The position numbers were made by a program, and so were the translations under genes. Under the pieces are notes generated by a model. It saw only the letters and a list, made by a program, of their open reading frames with translations, made no database searches and was not told where the DNA came from. A stretch of DNA of 64,000 nt from Ignavibacteriota bacterium (lineage in GTDB: Bacteria; Bacteroidota; Ignavibacteria; UBA10030; UBA6906): the NCBI GenBank assembly GCA_963808715.1, contig CAWEHG010000014.1, positions 9,844 through 73,843 of the forward strand. Direction: 5' to 3'. The first letter of the stretch is position 1, and each line of letters begins with the position of its first letter. This document shows positions 30,552 to 41,224 of the stretch, in pieces.

Positions 30552-31650
30552 CGTCAAAAGAACGCATGATGTGTGCGTTGCGACGTGAGAAGCCCGACCG
30601 GCTTCCCGTCACCGTGCACCAGTGGCAGGGTTACCATCTCGACACCTACCTGGGCGGCGCCACGCCGCTCCAGGCATTTGAGCGTTTCGGTATGGACGCG
30701 GCGGTCCAGTATTTCGAGGATATGGGCCAGTTCTGGCTGGTCACCGCCGACTTCGCAAAGTTCTCCACGCCGAGAGTGGCGCGACGAGGTGACGGTCATC
30801 AGCGCCGATCCGGACAACAGGATCTATCACCACACGATCCGCACGCCCGAAGGGATCCTGACCTACAGGACCGCCGGCGACCGGAAGACCACCTGGATCA
30901 CCGAGTACCTCGTAAAACGGGACGACGACATCGACCTGGTCAGGAAATACATGCCGGTCCCCTCGCTGGATCCGGCGCCGCTCGCCCGCGTCTACGACGA
31001 GGTGGGAGATCGGGGGATCGTGCGCGGGTTCGTGTGGGGCGACCAGGCCGGATGCTGGCAGCATGCGGCCTGCCTGATGGATATCTCCGACCTGATCCTC
31101 AAGACCGTGGACTCCCCCGGGTGGGTCCACGAGTTCCTCGGGATCCTGCTGGAGAAGAAACTGCAGTTCGTCGAGCGGATGAAGGGGGCAAAGTTCGACG
31201 TGGTGGAGACGGGAGGCGGGGCCGGATCTTCCACCGTGATCTCGCCGGAGATCCATCGCACGTTCTGCCTCCCGTACGACCGGAAGCTGCACGACGCCCT
31301 TCACGGACTCGGGTTCACCGTGAGCTATCACACCTGCGGCGGCACGCGCGGCATCGAAGAGCTGATCATCCAGAACGGCGCCGACGCCTCCGAGACGCTG
31401 GCCCCGGTAAGCATCGGCGGGAACCAGGAACCGTGGGAGATGAAGGAAAAGGTCGGCGGAAGGATCGCGTTGATCGGCGGGTTCGACCAGCATTCCGTCC
31501 TGACCCGTGGAACCCATAAGGAAATCGCCGACCAGGTGCAGCTCCTCTTCCGCACGGTGGGTGCCGACGGCGGGTACATCCTCTCCTGTGCCGATCACTT
31601 CTTCGACACGCCCGTCGAAAACATCGCGGCGTACGCGAACGCCGCACGCT
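30548..31650 (+). CDS. uroporphyrinogen decarboxylase (URO-D/MtaA-like) family protein; one frame break, 3' end uncertain
   Basis: The ATG overlaps the GH97 stop (ATGA). MTSKERMMCALRREKPDRLPV is a typical N-terminus. The body lies in track ORF 30573-32141 after a shift near 30775. There is no in-frame stop before the next gene's signal peptide. Confidence 0.7.
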
Positions 31651-31651
31651 C

Positions 31652-33882
31652 ATGTATCATACTGACCCGGTCCGGTCTCCACTTCACGCTCACGGCCGCA
31701 TTGCTTATCATGGCGGCCGGGATTTCCGCGCTCCAGGCGCAGGACCGTCGGGCGACGATCATTCTACGTGGCCCCGGCGGGCAACGACTCCTGGTCCGGT
31801 ACCGCCCCCTCCCCCACACGCACCGACGGTCCGTTCGCCACGCTCTCACGGGCCCGAGACGCGGTCCGGCGAAGCCTCATCTCCGGGTCCCATCCCTCGG
31901 TCCTCGTCCGCGGAGGGTTGTACCGGATCGACTCCGGCCTCGTCCTGGATTCACTGGACTCCGGCACGGACGAGCACCCGGTCACCTGGAGCGTCTATCC
32001 CGGCGAGACCGTCCGGTTCATCGGAGGCCGCACCATCTCCGGCTTCATCAGGGTCTCGGACCCCTCCGTGGTGAAGCGGATACTTCCGGCATTCCGCGAT
32101 TCCATCATGGTCGTCGATCTGCGTGGACAGGGGATACATGACTTCGGCACGCCGCCGAACCACATGAACCTCTTCTTCCGCGGGGCGCGGCAACAGCTCG
32201 CCCGGTACCCGAACCGCGGCTGGCTCTCCATCGCCGGCGTCCCGCTGATCGAGAATTCCATCCTGAACCAGGGCGACAAGAAGGTGATCAAGGAGGGACT
32301 GCCTGCGGGGCGACACAGCGGCATGTTCTCATACGACGGGGACCGCCCATCGCGATGGGCATCCCAGCGCGACATCTGGATGCACGGCTACTGGGTATGG
32401 GACTGGCGGGACGCCTATCAGAAGGTCGACCGGATCGACACCATCCTGCAGCTGGTCCATCCTGACCCCGCCGCACCACTGGTACGGCTACCAGAAGGGA
32501 CAGCGGTACTGCTTTCTCAATGTGCTGGAGGAGCTGGATTCTCCGGGTGAATGGGCACTCGATTCGGCGAAGGGGCTCCTCTATTACTGGCCGCCTTCCT
32601 CACCCGGTCCGGAGGACGTGACGGTCTCGCTGCTGCAGGAGCCCATGGTTCTCCTGCGGGAGGTGTCGAATGTGGTCTTCCGCGGGTTCACCTTCGAGAG
32701 CTCCCGGGCCTGCGCGGTCAAGATCCGCGGCGGGCGGAACACCCTGGTCGCCGGGTGTATCGTGCGGAACATCGATAACGACACCTGCCTGGTCGTCGAT
32801 GGGGGGACGAACAACGGCGTCCGGAGCTGCGACATCTCGGACGTCGGCTCCACCGGCATCCGGATCGTCGGCGGCGACAAGTCGACGCTGCAGCCGGCCG
32901 GGAACTTTGCCGTCAACAATCACATTACCCGGTACGGCCAGGTGAGCCATGCGTTCAACGGCGGGGTCTATCTGCCAGGGGGTCGGGAACATCGTCGCGC
33001 ACAACCGGATCCACGACGCCCCATTTTCGGGGATCCAGTACTACGGGAACGACCACCGGATCGAGTTCAACGAGATCTACGATCTTGCCCACGAGGCGGG
33101 TGACGTGGGCGGGATCAACACCGGCGCGGACTACTCCGACATGGGCACGCTCATCCGCCAGAACTACATCCACGACATCCACGGTCCGGGCGAAGGCGGT
33201 TGCCGCGGGATCTACCTGGACCTTCCCGGCTCGAACACCACGATCAGCGGGAACATCATTGCCAACGTGGATATCGGCGTGTTCTTCAACAGCGGGCGGG
33301 ACAACCTCGTCGAGAACAACCTGTTCGTGAACTGTCACCCGGCGATCAGTATCTACTCGGTGGCCGCACATGTCGTACTTTCACCCTGGCGGGGCGTGGA
33401 AGATCGTGGAGAAGCTCCTTGCGGTGAAGTACACTCAGCCCCCGTACAGCGTCCGCTATCCGCAGCTGCCGCGCTACCTCGACAGCACGGATCTCGGGAT
33501 GCCGTACGGCAACGCCGTGGTGCAGAATGTAAGCCTCGGAGGGACTTTCCTGGATATCTCGGAGGGGATGGACTTCTCACACGTGAGGGTCGAGAAGAAC
33601 GTCATCGGAGACAGTGTCCTCCTCGTTCTGACGAAGAAATGGACCCCTGACTACGACCCGTACCACATCGGGTATGCGGGGATCTTCACCGCGACAGACA
33701 CCGCGATCGTGCGGGAGCTGGAGCGACGGGGGAACATTCTGGCGGATCCCGGCCTCACACAGACGGCCGGTGTTCCGCGGCCGCCCGATGCCTCTCCCGC
33801 ATGGAAGGCCGGATTCCAGAGGATCCCGGTGGAGAACATCGGGTTGATCCGGGACGAGTACAGGGCCCGGATCGACCCATAA
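31652..33882 (+). CDS. right-handed parallel beta-helix repeat protein (pectate-lyase fold), secreted (frame-disrupted, >=4 shifts)
   Basis: Signal-like LTAALLIMAAGISALQAQ, then FYVAPAGNDSWSGT...PFATLSRARDAV. Pieces are track ORFs 31768-32550, 32522-33103, 32949-33650 and 33370-33882. Breaks near 31765, the C4 run 32466-32469, 32973 and 33355. The start codon is uncertain. Confidence 0.65.
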
Positions 33883-33889
33883 GGGGATC

Positions 33890-35068
33890 TCACGTGGCAG
33901 GAGCCAAACGCGGACCATCTACCGATCCCGCCACGGCAGGCGAATGCTTCAGCGCGGCATTGATCGCCAGAAACTCCCCGACGTTCTCCATCGTCAGCAG
34001 CCCCACCAGTTGTCCTCCATGGGTCACCGGCATTGTGTGGCAGTCGCACGTGCCGAGTCGAGCGAAAGCAGTTTCCAGCATCTCTGTAGCATCCGCCTCG
34101 GAGTAGCTCCGCTGCATCACGTTGCGCACCGGAGTCTCAGGGCCGGACCGGGTGAGCGCCACCAGCAGATCCGCGCGGGTGAGGATCCCTTCGATGCGCC
34201 CGTTGTTCACTACGGGGAAGTCCTGCTGCGCTCCTGCCAGGATCCGGTCCACGGCCCGCTGCAGCCGGTCGTCGGGACCGATCGTGTCAAAGGTCGTCAT
34301 CATTGCCTGCCGCACGGGAATGCCGTAGAGTGACGAACGCATCTGCACGGAGCTTGCCTCCGCCGAGGCACCGATCCAGACGAACAGCGCCACGAAGATC
34401 AGGAGCGGGTTGCCGAAGAGCCCCACGATACCGAAGAGCAGGGCGAAGGCCTGTCCGGTGGAAGCCGCGATCTGCGTTGCCCGCGTGTACTCCATCCGCG
34501 AGGCCAGCAGCGCCCGGAGGACCCGCCCACCGTCCATCGGGAAGGCGGGGATCAGATTGAACCCCACGAGGAAGAGGTTCGCGACGAGTAGCCGCTCGAC
34601 AAAGGACCCGCCGGTCACGGTCAGCTCATTCACCGGCTGGAAGGTGCTGGTGATCGCCAGCCACCCGAAAAGTACTGCGGCGATCACCACGTTCACCGCC
34701 GGTCCCGCCAGTGCAACCCAGAGCTCCTGCCGCGGCTTCTCGGGCAGGCGTTCCAGCCGGGCCACCCCGCCGATCGGATAGAGGATGATGTCATGCGTCC
34801 GGATGCCGTACCGGCGGGCGGTGAGGGCATGGCCCAGCTCATGCAGGACCACACAGGCAAAGATGGCGAGCACGAAGACGATGCCATCGATCGTCGCCGC
34901 CACATTCTGTCCCTGTAACCAGTGGGTCATCACCACCCAGGCGATGATCAGCAGGAATGTCGCATGGATGTAGATGTCGATCCCCGCGATCGTTGCCATT
35001 TTCCACGACCATCGGTTGCCCGCCGTGCGGGCGGGAGCATCGGTGTTCCGGCTGTTCATTGTCCCCAT
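33890..35068 (-). CDS. site-2 protease (M50) family metalloprotease with tandem CBS domains
   Basis: HELGH and NLIPAFPMDGGR motifs, with a C-terminal CBS pair. Intact; the ATG at 35068 was chosen within track ORF 33890-35233. Confidence 0.8.
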   Translation of the reverse strand: MGTMNSRNTDAPARTAGNRWSWKMATIAGIDIYIHATFLLIIAWVVMTHWLQGQNVAATIDGIVFVLAIFACVVLHELGHALTARRYGIRTHDIILYPIGGVARLERLPEKPRQELWVALAGPAVNVVIAAVLFGWLAITSTFQPVNELTVTGGSFVERLLVANLFLVGFNLIPAFPMDGGRVLRALLASRMEYTRATQIAASTGQAFALLFGIVGLFGNPLLIFVALFVWIGASAEASSVQMRSSLYGIPVRQAMMTTFDTIGPDDRLQRAVDRILAGAQQDFPVVNNGRIEGILTRADLLVALTRSGPETPVRNVMQRSYSEADATEMLETAFARLGTCDCHTMPVTHGGQLVGLLTMENVGEFLAINAALKHSPAVAGSVDGPRLAPAT

Positions 35069-35302
35069 ATCAAGATCGGTCGATGTTTTCGAATGTTCTT
35101 GAGATGAGTAACACCGGGAAACGACCGGGCAGTTCCATGACCGCGGGGTCCCGGCCTTATCGGTTCGGGCGATCTGCGGCTGAAGGAAGTCCGGCCGGCA
35201 TGGAAGGCGGGTTTTCAGCCGTTCCAGCCGCAAAAGATCGGGCTCATCGTCGACGAATTTCGACGGTCGGTTGCACGGTGAGCAGGGTGATGCCGGGATT
35301 CC

Positions 35303-36049
35303 CTACAACGTCACGGTCACGCCAACCGCTGCATAGTGGAAGAGGGCGAAGTTGTACACTTCATCGTTATCAGCCCCTCCTTCGAGGATCCTGTAGCCCA
35401 TCCTGAAGGTATAGGCCGGCGAGGGTGCATACGTTACCCCCGCCAGCAGGTCTTCCGCCCTCCCCTGGGGCGCAGCAAGCGCGTCACCGTCGAGGAGCAA
35501 CCCGAAGCCTCCACCCATATGCCACAGCAGGCGCAGGTTGACCAGAGGGACAAACCCGACATTGGTCTTTGTGGAGGTCTGCCCACCGCCGGACATGCTG
35601 ATCGCGGCGTCGCGGATCTTCCCGGTAAGGCCGAGACCGAATTCAACCTCCTCGTTCTTCACCAGATCGTACCGATAGGTCAGGCGATAGGAATTGAATT
35701 TGTAGGTGGCATTCACCGACGTTCCGGCCGGGAATGTCAGATCCTGGAACCGGACCGCGTTCGGCAGGACCCCGGAGGCCTCTGCCGTCAATGGTGCCAC
35801 AAGGATCGAGATCGTGTGCCGGGACCCCGGGGAGTACAGGGCTCGAACTCTGACATACGGCGCGGTTTCCGTCTTCAGGTCGGTGGTGAACGAGATCGTT
35901 GTGCCGACGTCTCCGGGGATCCGGACGTCATTGTACCCTGGAAACACGGCACCTCCCTCCAGGTCAAAGGAAACCTGACCTCGGGCCGTTGTTGCGAGGA
36001 GCGATAGGAGAAGTCCGGCAAGCATAACGATAGCAGAATGGTTCTTCAC
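35303..36049 (-). CDS. outer-membrane beta-barrel protein (hypothetical)
   Basis: GGAGG then GTG at 36049 and signal peptide KNHSAIVMLAGLLLSLLATTARGQ. Alternating-hydrophobic strands. The C-terminal residues AAVGVTVTL are barrel-like. Confidence 0.45.
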   Translation of the reverse strand: MKNHSAIVMLAGLLLSLLATTARGQVSFDLEGGAVFPGYNDVRIPGDVGTTISFTTDLKTETAPYVRVRALYSPGSRHTISILVAPLTAEASGVLPNAVRFQDLTFPAGTSVNATYKFNSYRLTYRYDLVKNEEVEFGLGLTGKIRDAAISMSGGGQTSTKTNVGFVPLVNLRLLWHMGGGFGLLLDGDALAAPQGRAEDLLAGVTYAPSPAYTFRMGYRILEGGADNDEVYNFALFHYAAVGVTVTL

Positions 36050-36099
36050 GGTGGACCTCCGTTGTGTCGGTATGGATGTGCGTTGTTGTGTTGGTGCGC

Positions 36100-37082
36100 T
36101 CAGGGGGTAAAAAGGATCTTGATCGCCCTCCCGGTTCGGAGCATCTCGACCCCTTCCCCGTACCGTTCCAGCGGCAGCTGCGCAGTAACCAGAGGGGCCA
36201 ACCGGAGTTTCCCTTCCGTGATCAAACGGTAGGCGGTCTCCGCGGCCGATCTCTTGTGGGCTCCATATCCCAGCAGAGCGAACCCACCCCACCACTGATC
36301 CGTCCCGAACCGGACCGGTGACCGCAGGACGCCGAAGATCGCCACGGTGTCACGGGTCATTCCCATGAGCCTCTCGATGGACACCGGCAGGCCGGTGGTG
36401 TCGAGAGCCGAATCGAAGACCCCCGCGCCCAAACGATCGTTGACCCATGCGTACGATCCAGGGTCCCGAACGTCGTCCGCGCCCAGATCAAGCGCGGCAC
36501 GCCGCCGGTCGGGCAGAGGATCGAATCCGACCACCTCCTTCGCCCCGTGCGCCCGCGCAAGCTGGACGGCGATGAGTCCCGAAGGACCCAGACCGCTGAT
36601 GGCGACCTTCTTTCCCGCCACCCCACCTCGTTCCAGAAGTTGATCGAAGGACCCCTGAACGCACATCGCCAGCTCGAGCGAGGCGATCTCCTCCGGTCTG
36701 AGGGCCGGATCCACCGGAAGCAGGTCTTCCGCCCTGATCGGGACATACTCTGCGTAACAACCCATTCTCCTGTTCCCCGGATCGCGCCAGGCGGCGACCC
36801 TCGTACCCGCATCGAAGCCGATCACCCCGTCTGAGACGGCAACGATCTCTCCCACGGCCTCATGACCCGGCTGCCCGGGGACGAGCGGGTATTGGAGGAC
36901 CGTGCCAGGAAACATCGTTTCGCCCCGCATCATGTGAAGATCCCAGTGGGGGCAGGTCGTTATCGCCCGGACCTTCATCAAAACCTCTCCAGGCTCCAGT
37001 GGGGGATGTCCATGGTTTTCCAGACGGGCTTCCCCGGAACTTCGATATGCAAGACTTTGGTTTTCGTCGGTTGTGGTGCCAT
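36100..37082 (-). CDS. zinc-dependent MDR alcohol dehydrogenase family protein; one frame break
   Basis: ATG at 37082 (MAPQPTKTKVLHIEVPGKPVWKTMDIP). The G5 run 37001-37005 interrupts before LEPGEVLMKVRAITTCPHWD. GHEAVG and GLGPSG motifs. Confidence 0.75.
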
Positions 37083-37086
37083 GGCT

Positions 37087-38079
37087 CTACCACTCCAGTA
37101 TGACGCCAAGGGACCCTTTGGACTCGATCAGCCGCCACGCCTCGCCGGCACGGCTGACAGGGAAGCGATGCGTGATCAACGGGAGGGTCTCAAGCTGTCC
37201 GCCGGCAATGAGCCGGAGGGTGACGTCCATCCGGTCGCGTGTCCAGCCCGATACCAGGTCGATCGTATGCTCCCCGTAGCGGGCCGGCTGCAGGGAGAGT
37301 GCGTCATCCGGCCCATAGAAGCCGGCCGAGACGAGGTGTCCGTATCGGCGCATGAACGGGAGGACGGAATCGAAGAGCGGGATCCTCCCGACCGTGTCGA
37401 CCGCCACCTGGAACCGATGCTCACCGAACGAGGAGCGGATATATTCTTGCCAGTCCTTGCGCTGAGTATTGACCGTATGCCGGAACGGTCGTCCGCCGAA
37501 GAGCGCCAGGCGTTCATCATGTTTACCGACCAGGACAACCTCCGCGCCGCGCCAGGCAAGGGTCTGCGCGGTCCACTGTCCCACCATTCCGTCTCCGAAG
37601 ACCAGGGCAAGGTCTCCCGGTTCCAGCCGGGGCCGCGCACCGGCGTTGTACCCGACCTGCGTCAGGACCATCCCCGCGAACGAGAGCGGGTCCGCACCGG
37701 GCGGAAGTTTCCAGACCTCTGACGCCGGGCAGACCGACGGGGAGACATGTCCCGCATACCAGTGAAACATTCCGATCACCCTGCCGATCGTCGCGAACAC
37801 CCTTTCGCCCACGGCAAAGCCGGTGACGTTCTCCCCGATCCATTCGACTGTACCGATCTTCTGGTAGCCTGCCACGACCGGGAAGGGAGGTTTGTCTCCC
37901 GTCCGGAACGGGGTATCGCCGTCCGACCGTTCCCCCCTCAGATACGATCCCTCCGTGCCGTTGCTGATCCATGAGTGCGTTACGCGAACCACCACATCAT
38001 CCGGCCCGGGATCGGGGCTGAGCACATCTTCAACTGAAACGACTCCCGGCGCGGTGAAGACGACCGCTCTGGATCGCAT
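37087..38079 (-). CDS. MDR-family zinc-binding dehydrogenase-like protein
   Basis: Intact 330 aa. PGPDDVVVRV N-domain and GDGMVG nucleotide-binding motif. It ends 4 nt before the next gene. Confidence 0.7.
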   Translation of the reverse strand: MRSRAVVFTAPGVVSVEDVLSPDPGPDDVVVRVTHSWISNGTEGSYLRGERSDGDTPFRTGDKPPFPVVAGYQKIGTVEWIGENVTGFAVGERVFATIGRVIGMFHWYAGHVSPSVCPASEVWKLPPGADPLSFAGMVLTQVGYNAGARPRLEPGDLALVFGDGMVGQWTAQTLAWRGAEVVLVGKHDERLALFGGRPFRHTVNTQRKDWQEYIRSSFGEHRFQVAVDTVGRIPLFDSVLPFMRRYGHLVSAGFYGPDDALSLQPARYGEHTIDLVSGWTRDRMDVTLRLIAGGQLETLPLITHRFPVSRAGEAWRLIESKGSLGVILEW

Positions 38080-38157
38080 GGGATCTCCCCGTGATCTGGG
38101 TGGAAGGGAGGGTGCTCGTTATGTAGGCAAAAACCCCAAGAATCGCAAAGGGCGTGG

Positions 38158-38186
38158 TTGAATGTATCACTCTTCCGTCTTACCAT
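38158..38186 (+). promoter_or_regulatory. possible sigma70-type promoter (TTGAAT-17-TACCAT)
   Basis: Read directly, about 55 nt upstream of the permease ATG. A weak call. Confidence 0.25.
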
Positions 38187-38240
38187 AGACACCATATCAC
38201 ACGCGAACGAGCGGTCAAACGTATATCCCGACGGAACCCC

Positions 38241-39732
38241 ATGACTCAGCCTTCCCCCGAACCTTCACCCCGCACCGGACTTGCCCGCGAAATGGGCCTG
38301 CTCGGCCTCACCGCCACCGGCGTCTCGTCGATGGTCGGCGCCGGCATCAACGTCATCCCCTTCATGATCCAGCGGAACGTCCCGGGGATCGGCCCGAACG
38401 TTCTGCCGGCGTATCTCTTCGCGGCCGTGCCCGCCGTTCTGGCGGGACTCGCCTATGCCATCCTCGCCTCCGCCATGCCCCGCGCGGGCGGGAGCTACGT
38501 CTATGCGAGCCGCGGGCTGGATCCGTACCTGGGGTTCGTCGCCTCCTTCTCCCAGTGGTTCTCCCTCTGCGTGGCGATCGGCGTCGTGTCGTACGTATTG
38601 GTGCCGTTCCTGCGCGACATCGCCCTGGCCCTCGGCTGGAGCGGGGTCGGAGCGGCGCTTGAGGTCGGCGTGGTTCGGCTGGCCATTTCACTCGGGTTCC
38701 TCTGGACCGCGGTCGCGGTCAACATCCGCGGGGTCAAGCCGTACGAGCGGGTCATCATTCCGTTGATGTTCCTGACCTTCCTCCTGGGCGGTGTGGTGAT
38801 CGTGGCCGGGTTCCTGTTCGACCATCAGGATTTTGCCGCGGCGGTCGGCGCGGCGGTCCCGGAGATCCAGGCCCCACCACTCGGCCCCTCTCTGCTCCTG
38901 CCGGCAGCGGCCCTGCTCTTCTCGTCCTTCATCGGGTTCGATTCCATCGCCCAGGCGGGTGGAGAGGCGAAGAACCCGGCAAGAAACCTCCCGCTGGCCA
39001 TCGGCATCTCGGTCGTGTCGGTCGGCCTCTTCTATATGCTCTTCACCGCCGCGGTGTACCATGCGGTCCCCTGGCAGTACATCGCCGCTGAATCGGCCCA
39101 CCGCGACCTGACCGCCCCGGGACTGCTGGGGGTTATGCTCCCGCCGTTCTGGACGGTGGTGATCGTCTCCGGGGCCGCGCTTGCGCTGGTCAAGGACCTG
39201 CCGGCGATGCTGCTGGCGGTCTCCAGGCTGATGTTCGCCTGGGCCGAGGATGGGATCGTTCCGAAAGGCGTTGCGCGCGTCCATACGCGATTCCACTCCC
39301 CGTGGGTCGCGATCCTCGCGAGCGGTTTCATGGCAAGCCTGGGCATCCTGGGGAGCCACCTTGCAGGGGACTTCTTTCTCGGCGTGGACATCCTCGTGAC
39401 CTCCATGCTGGTGAACTTCCTCCTGATGAGCCTTTCCGTGCTGACCCTGCCGCGCAGGAATCCGGAGCTCGCCCGGCAGGTCACGGTGATCCCGAACCGG
39501 CGCTGGCAGGTTCCGCTCGCCGTTATCGGTGTGATCGTCCTGGCGGGATTCCTTGCGGTCCACACCTGGAAGGACCTTACCGCCCCCGCCGGGGCCTGGT
39601 ACTTCCGTTCCACGCCGGTGTGGGCGATCGTGATGGCGCTCGCTTCCGTGATCTACGTCAGGGAGGTCCGCGCCCTGCGCCGGCAGGGGCGTCGACGTTG
39701 CCGCCCGATTCTCTTCACTTCCTCCGGAATGA
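38241..39732 (+). CDS. APC-superfamily amino acid/polyamine permease; probable frame break near the 3' end
   Basis: ATG at 38241 and 12 TM helices. As assembled it reads in frame into the next gene. A 1-nt shift at the G4 run 39686-39689 gives ...VDVAARFSSLPPE, with the stop TGA overlapping the next ATG. Confidence 0.8.
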
Positions 39733-41211
39733 CCATGCCTGTGACCGTTGAACGAACGCTGTTGGGAGAGAACCTGTCGATCGCCCGCGCGCTGACCGGG
39801 CTCTGGCAGATCGCCGATCTGGAGCGAGGCGGACAGACGGTGGATGCCTCCGGAGCCGCGGCGTCGATGTCGAAATACGTCGGCGGCAGGCTTCACCACG
39901 TTCGACATGGCCGACCATTACGGTTCGGCAGAGCTGATCGCCGGACGTTACCGGAAGGACCACGGAGACGATCTCCAGGTCTGCACGAAGTGGGTCCCCA
40001 CACCCGGTCCCGTGACGCGGGACGAGGTCCGCGCGGCGGTGGAGCGGGCAGTGGAGCGGACCGGCGGCAAGCCCATCGACCTGATGCAGTTCCACACCTG
40101 GAGCTATGCCGACCCATCGTGGCTCGACGCACTGTTCTACCTGCAGGAACTCCGCGGCGAGGGTTTGTTCACGACATCTGGGACTGACCAACTTCGACAC
40201 CGCGCATCTCCGGATCGCCGTGGCGAGCGGGATCGACGTGGTCTCGAACCAGGTCTCCTTTTCGCTGCTCGACCAGCGGGCGGCCGGCGCCATGTCGGCC
40301 TACTGCCTCGAACACGGCATTCGTCTCCTCGCCTACGGAACGGTGGCCGGCGGATGGCTGACGGAGCGGTGGCTGGAAGCCGCGGAACCCGCCGAAGAGA
40401 CCTACGGGACCTGGTCGCAGTGGAAGTACAGGAGGTTCCTGCGCGAAGCCGGCGGCTGGGCGGCGCTCCAGCGGCTGCTGCGAACTCTCTCGCACATCGC
40501 GCGGCGCCACAACGTCTCGATCGCGAACGTGGCCAGCCGCTACATCCTTGAGCAGCCCGCGGTCGCGGGGGTCATCATCGGTGCACGGCTCGGCATCAGC
40601 GAACACATCGCCGACAATCTCCGGCTCTTTTCGTTCGCACTCTCCGCCGCCGACACGCGGGGAGATCGCGGAGACGCCTTTCCACCCTGACGCCCATCCC
40701 CGGCGACACCGGCGACGAATACCGAAAGAAACCCTACCTGACCGCCTCCGGGGACCTGAGCCATCATCTCCAGTCGTTTCCCGCCCCGTACGAGGTCCGC
40801 AGGATGGAAGGCGGACGGACCCTCTGCCTGAGCGGCACGCCGTGGGAGTCGTTCGCCGGATACGCAAGGGCGGTACGGCAGGGAGACCATGTCTCCGTGT
40901 CGGGCACCACCGCGACGCACGGCGACCGTCTGATCGGAGGGAAAGACCCCGCGGCACAGACCCACTTCGTGATCGACAAGATCGAAGGGGCGCTCCGGTC
41001 GCTGGGGGCTTCGCTCGAAGACGTGGTGCGTACCCGGATCTTCGTCAGCGACATTCGTGTCTGGGAGCAGATCGCCCGCGCCCACGGCGAGCGGTTTGCC
41101 GGGATCCGTCCGGCGAATACGCTCGTGCAGGCCCGGCTCGTGGGGGACGAGTACCTGGTGGAGATCGAGGCGGAGGCGGAACTGCGCCGCGACCACACCG
41201 GCACACCATAG
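39729..41211 (+). CDS. aldo/keto reductase with C-terminal RidA/YjgF-like domain (apparent fusion; >=4 frame breaks)
   Basis: AKR blocks FDMADHYG, LGLTNFD, VSNQVSFSLL and LLAYGTVAGG, then PGDTGDEYRKKPYLTASGDLSHHL. The restored frame runs with no stop into the RidA-like GYARAVRQGDHVSVSGTTA...VEIEAEA. Breaks near 39874, 40167, 40662 and 40676. Confidence 0.7.
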
Positions 41212-41224
41212 GAGACATTTCGCC

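Noticed and set aside
30573-32141. 522-aa ORF implying a URO-D-beta-helix fusion protein.
   Set aside because: An internal signal-peptide-like segment (LTAALLIMAAGISALQAQ) and a frame change at about 31765 indicate two genes whose boundary is blurred by indels.
38154-40187. 677-aa ORF implying an APC permease-AKR fusion.
   Set aside because: A 1-nt shift at the G4 run 39686-39689 gives a typical permease end (...SSLPPE) with the TGA overlapping the AKR ATG. Two coupled genes are more parsimonious.
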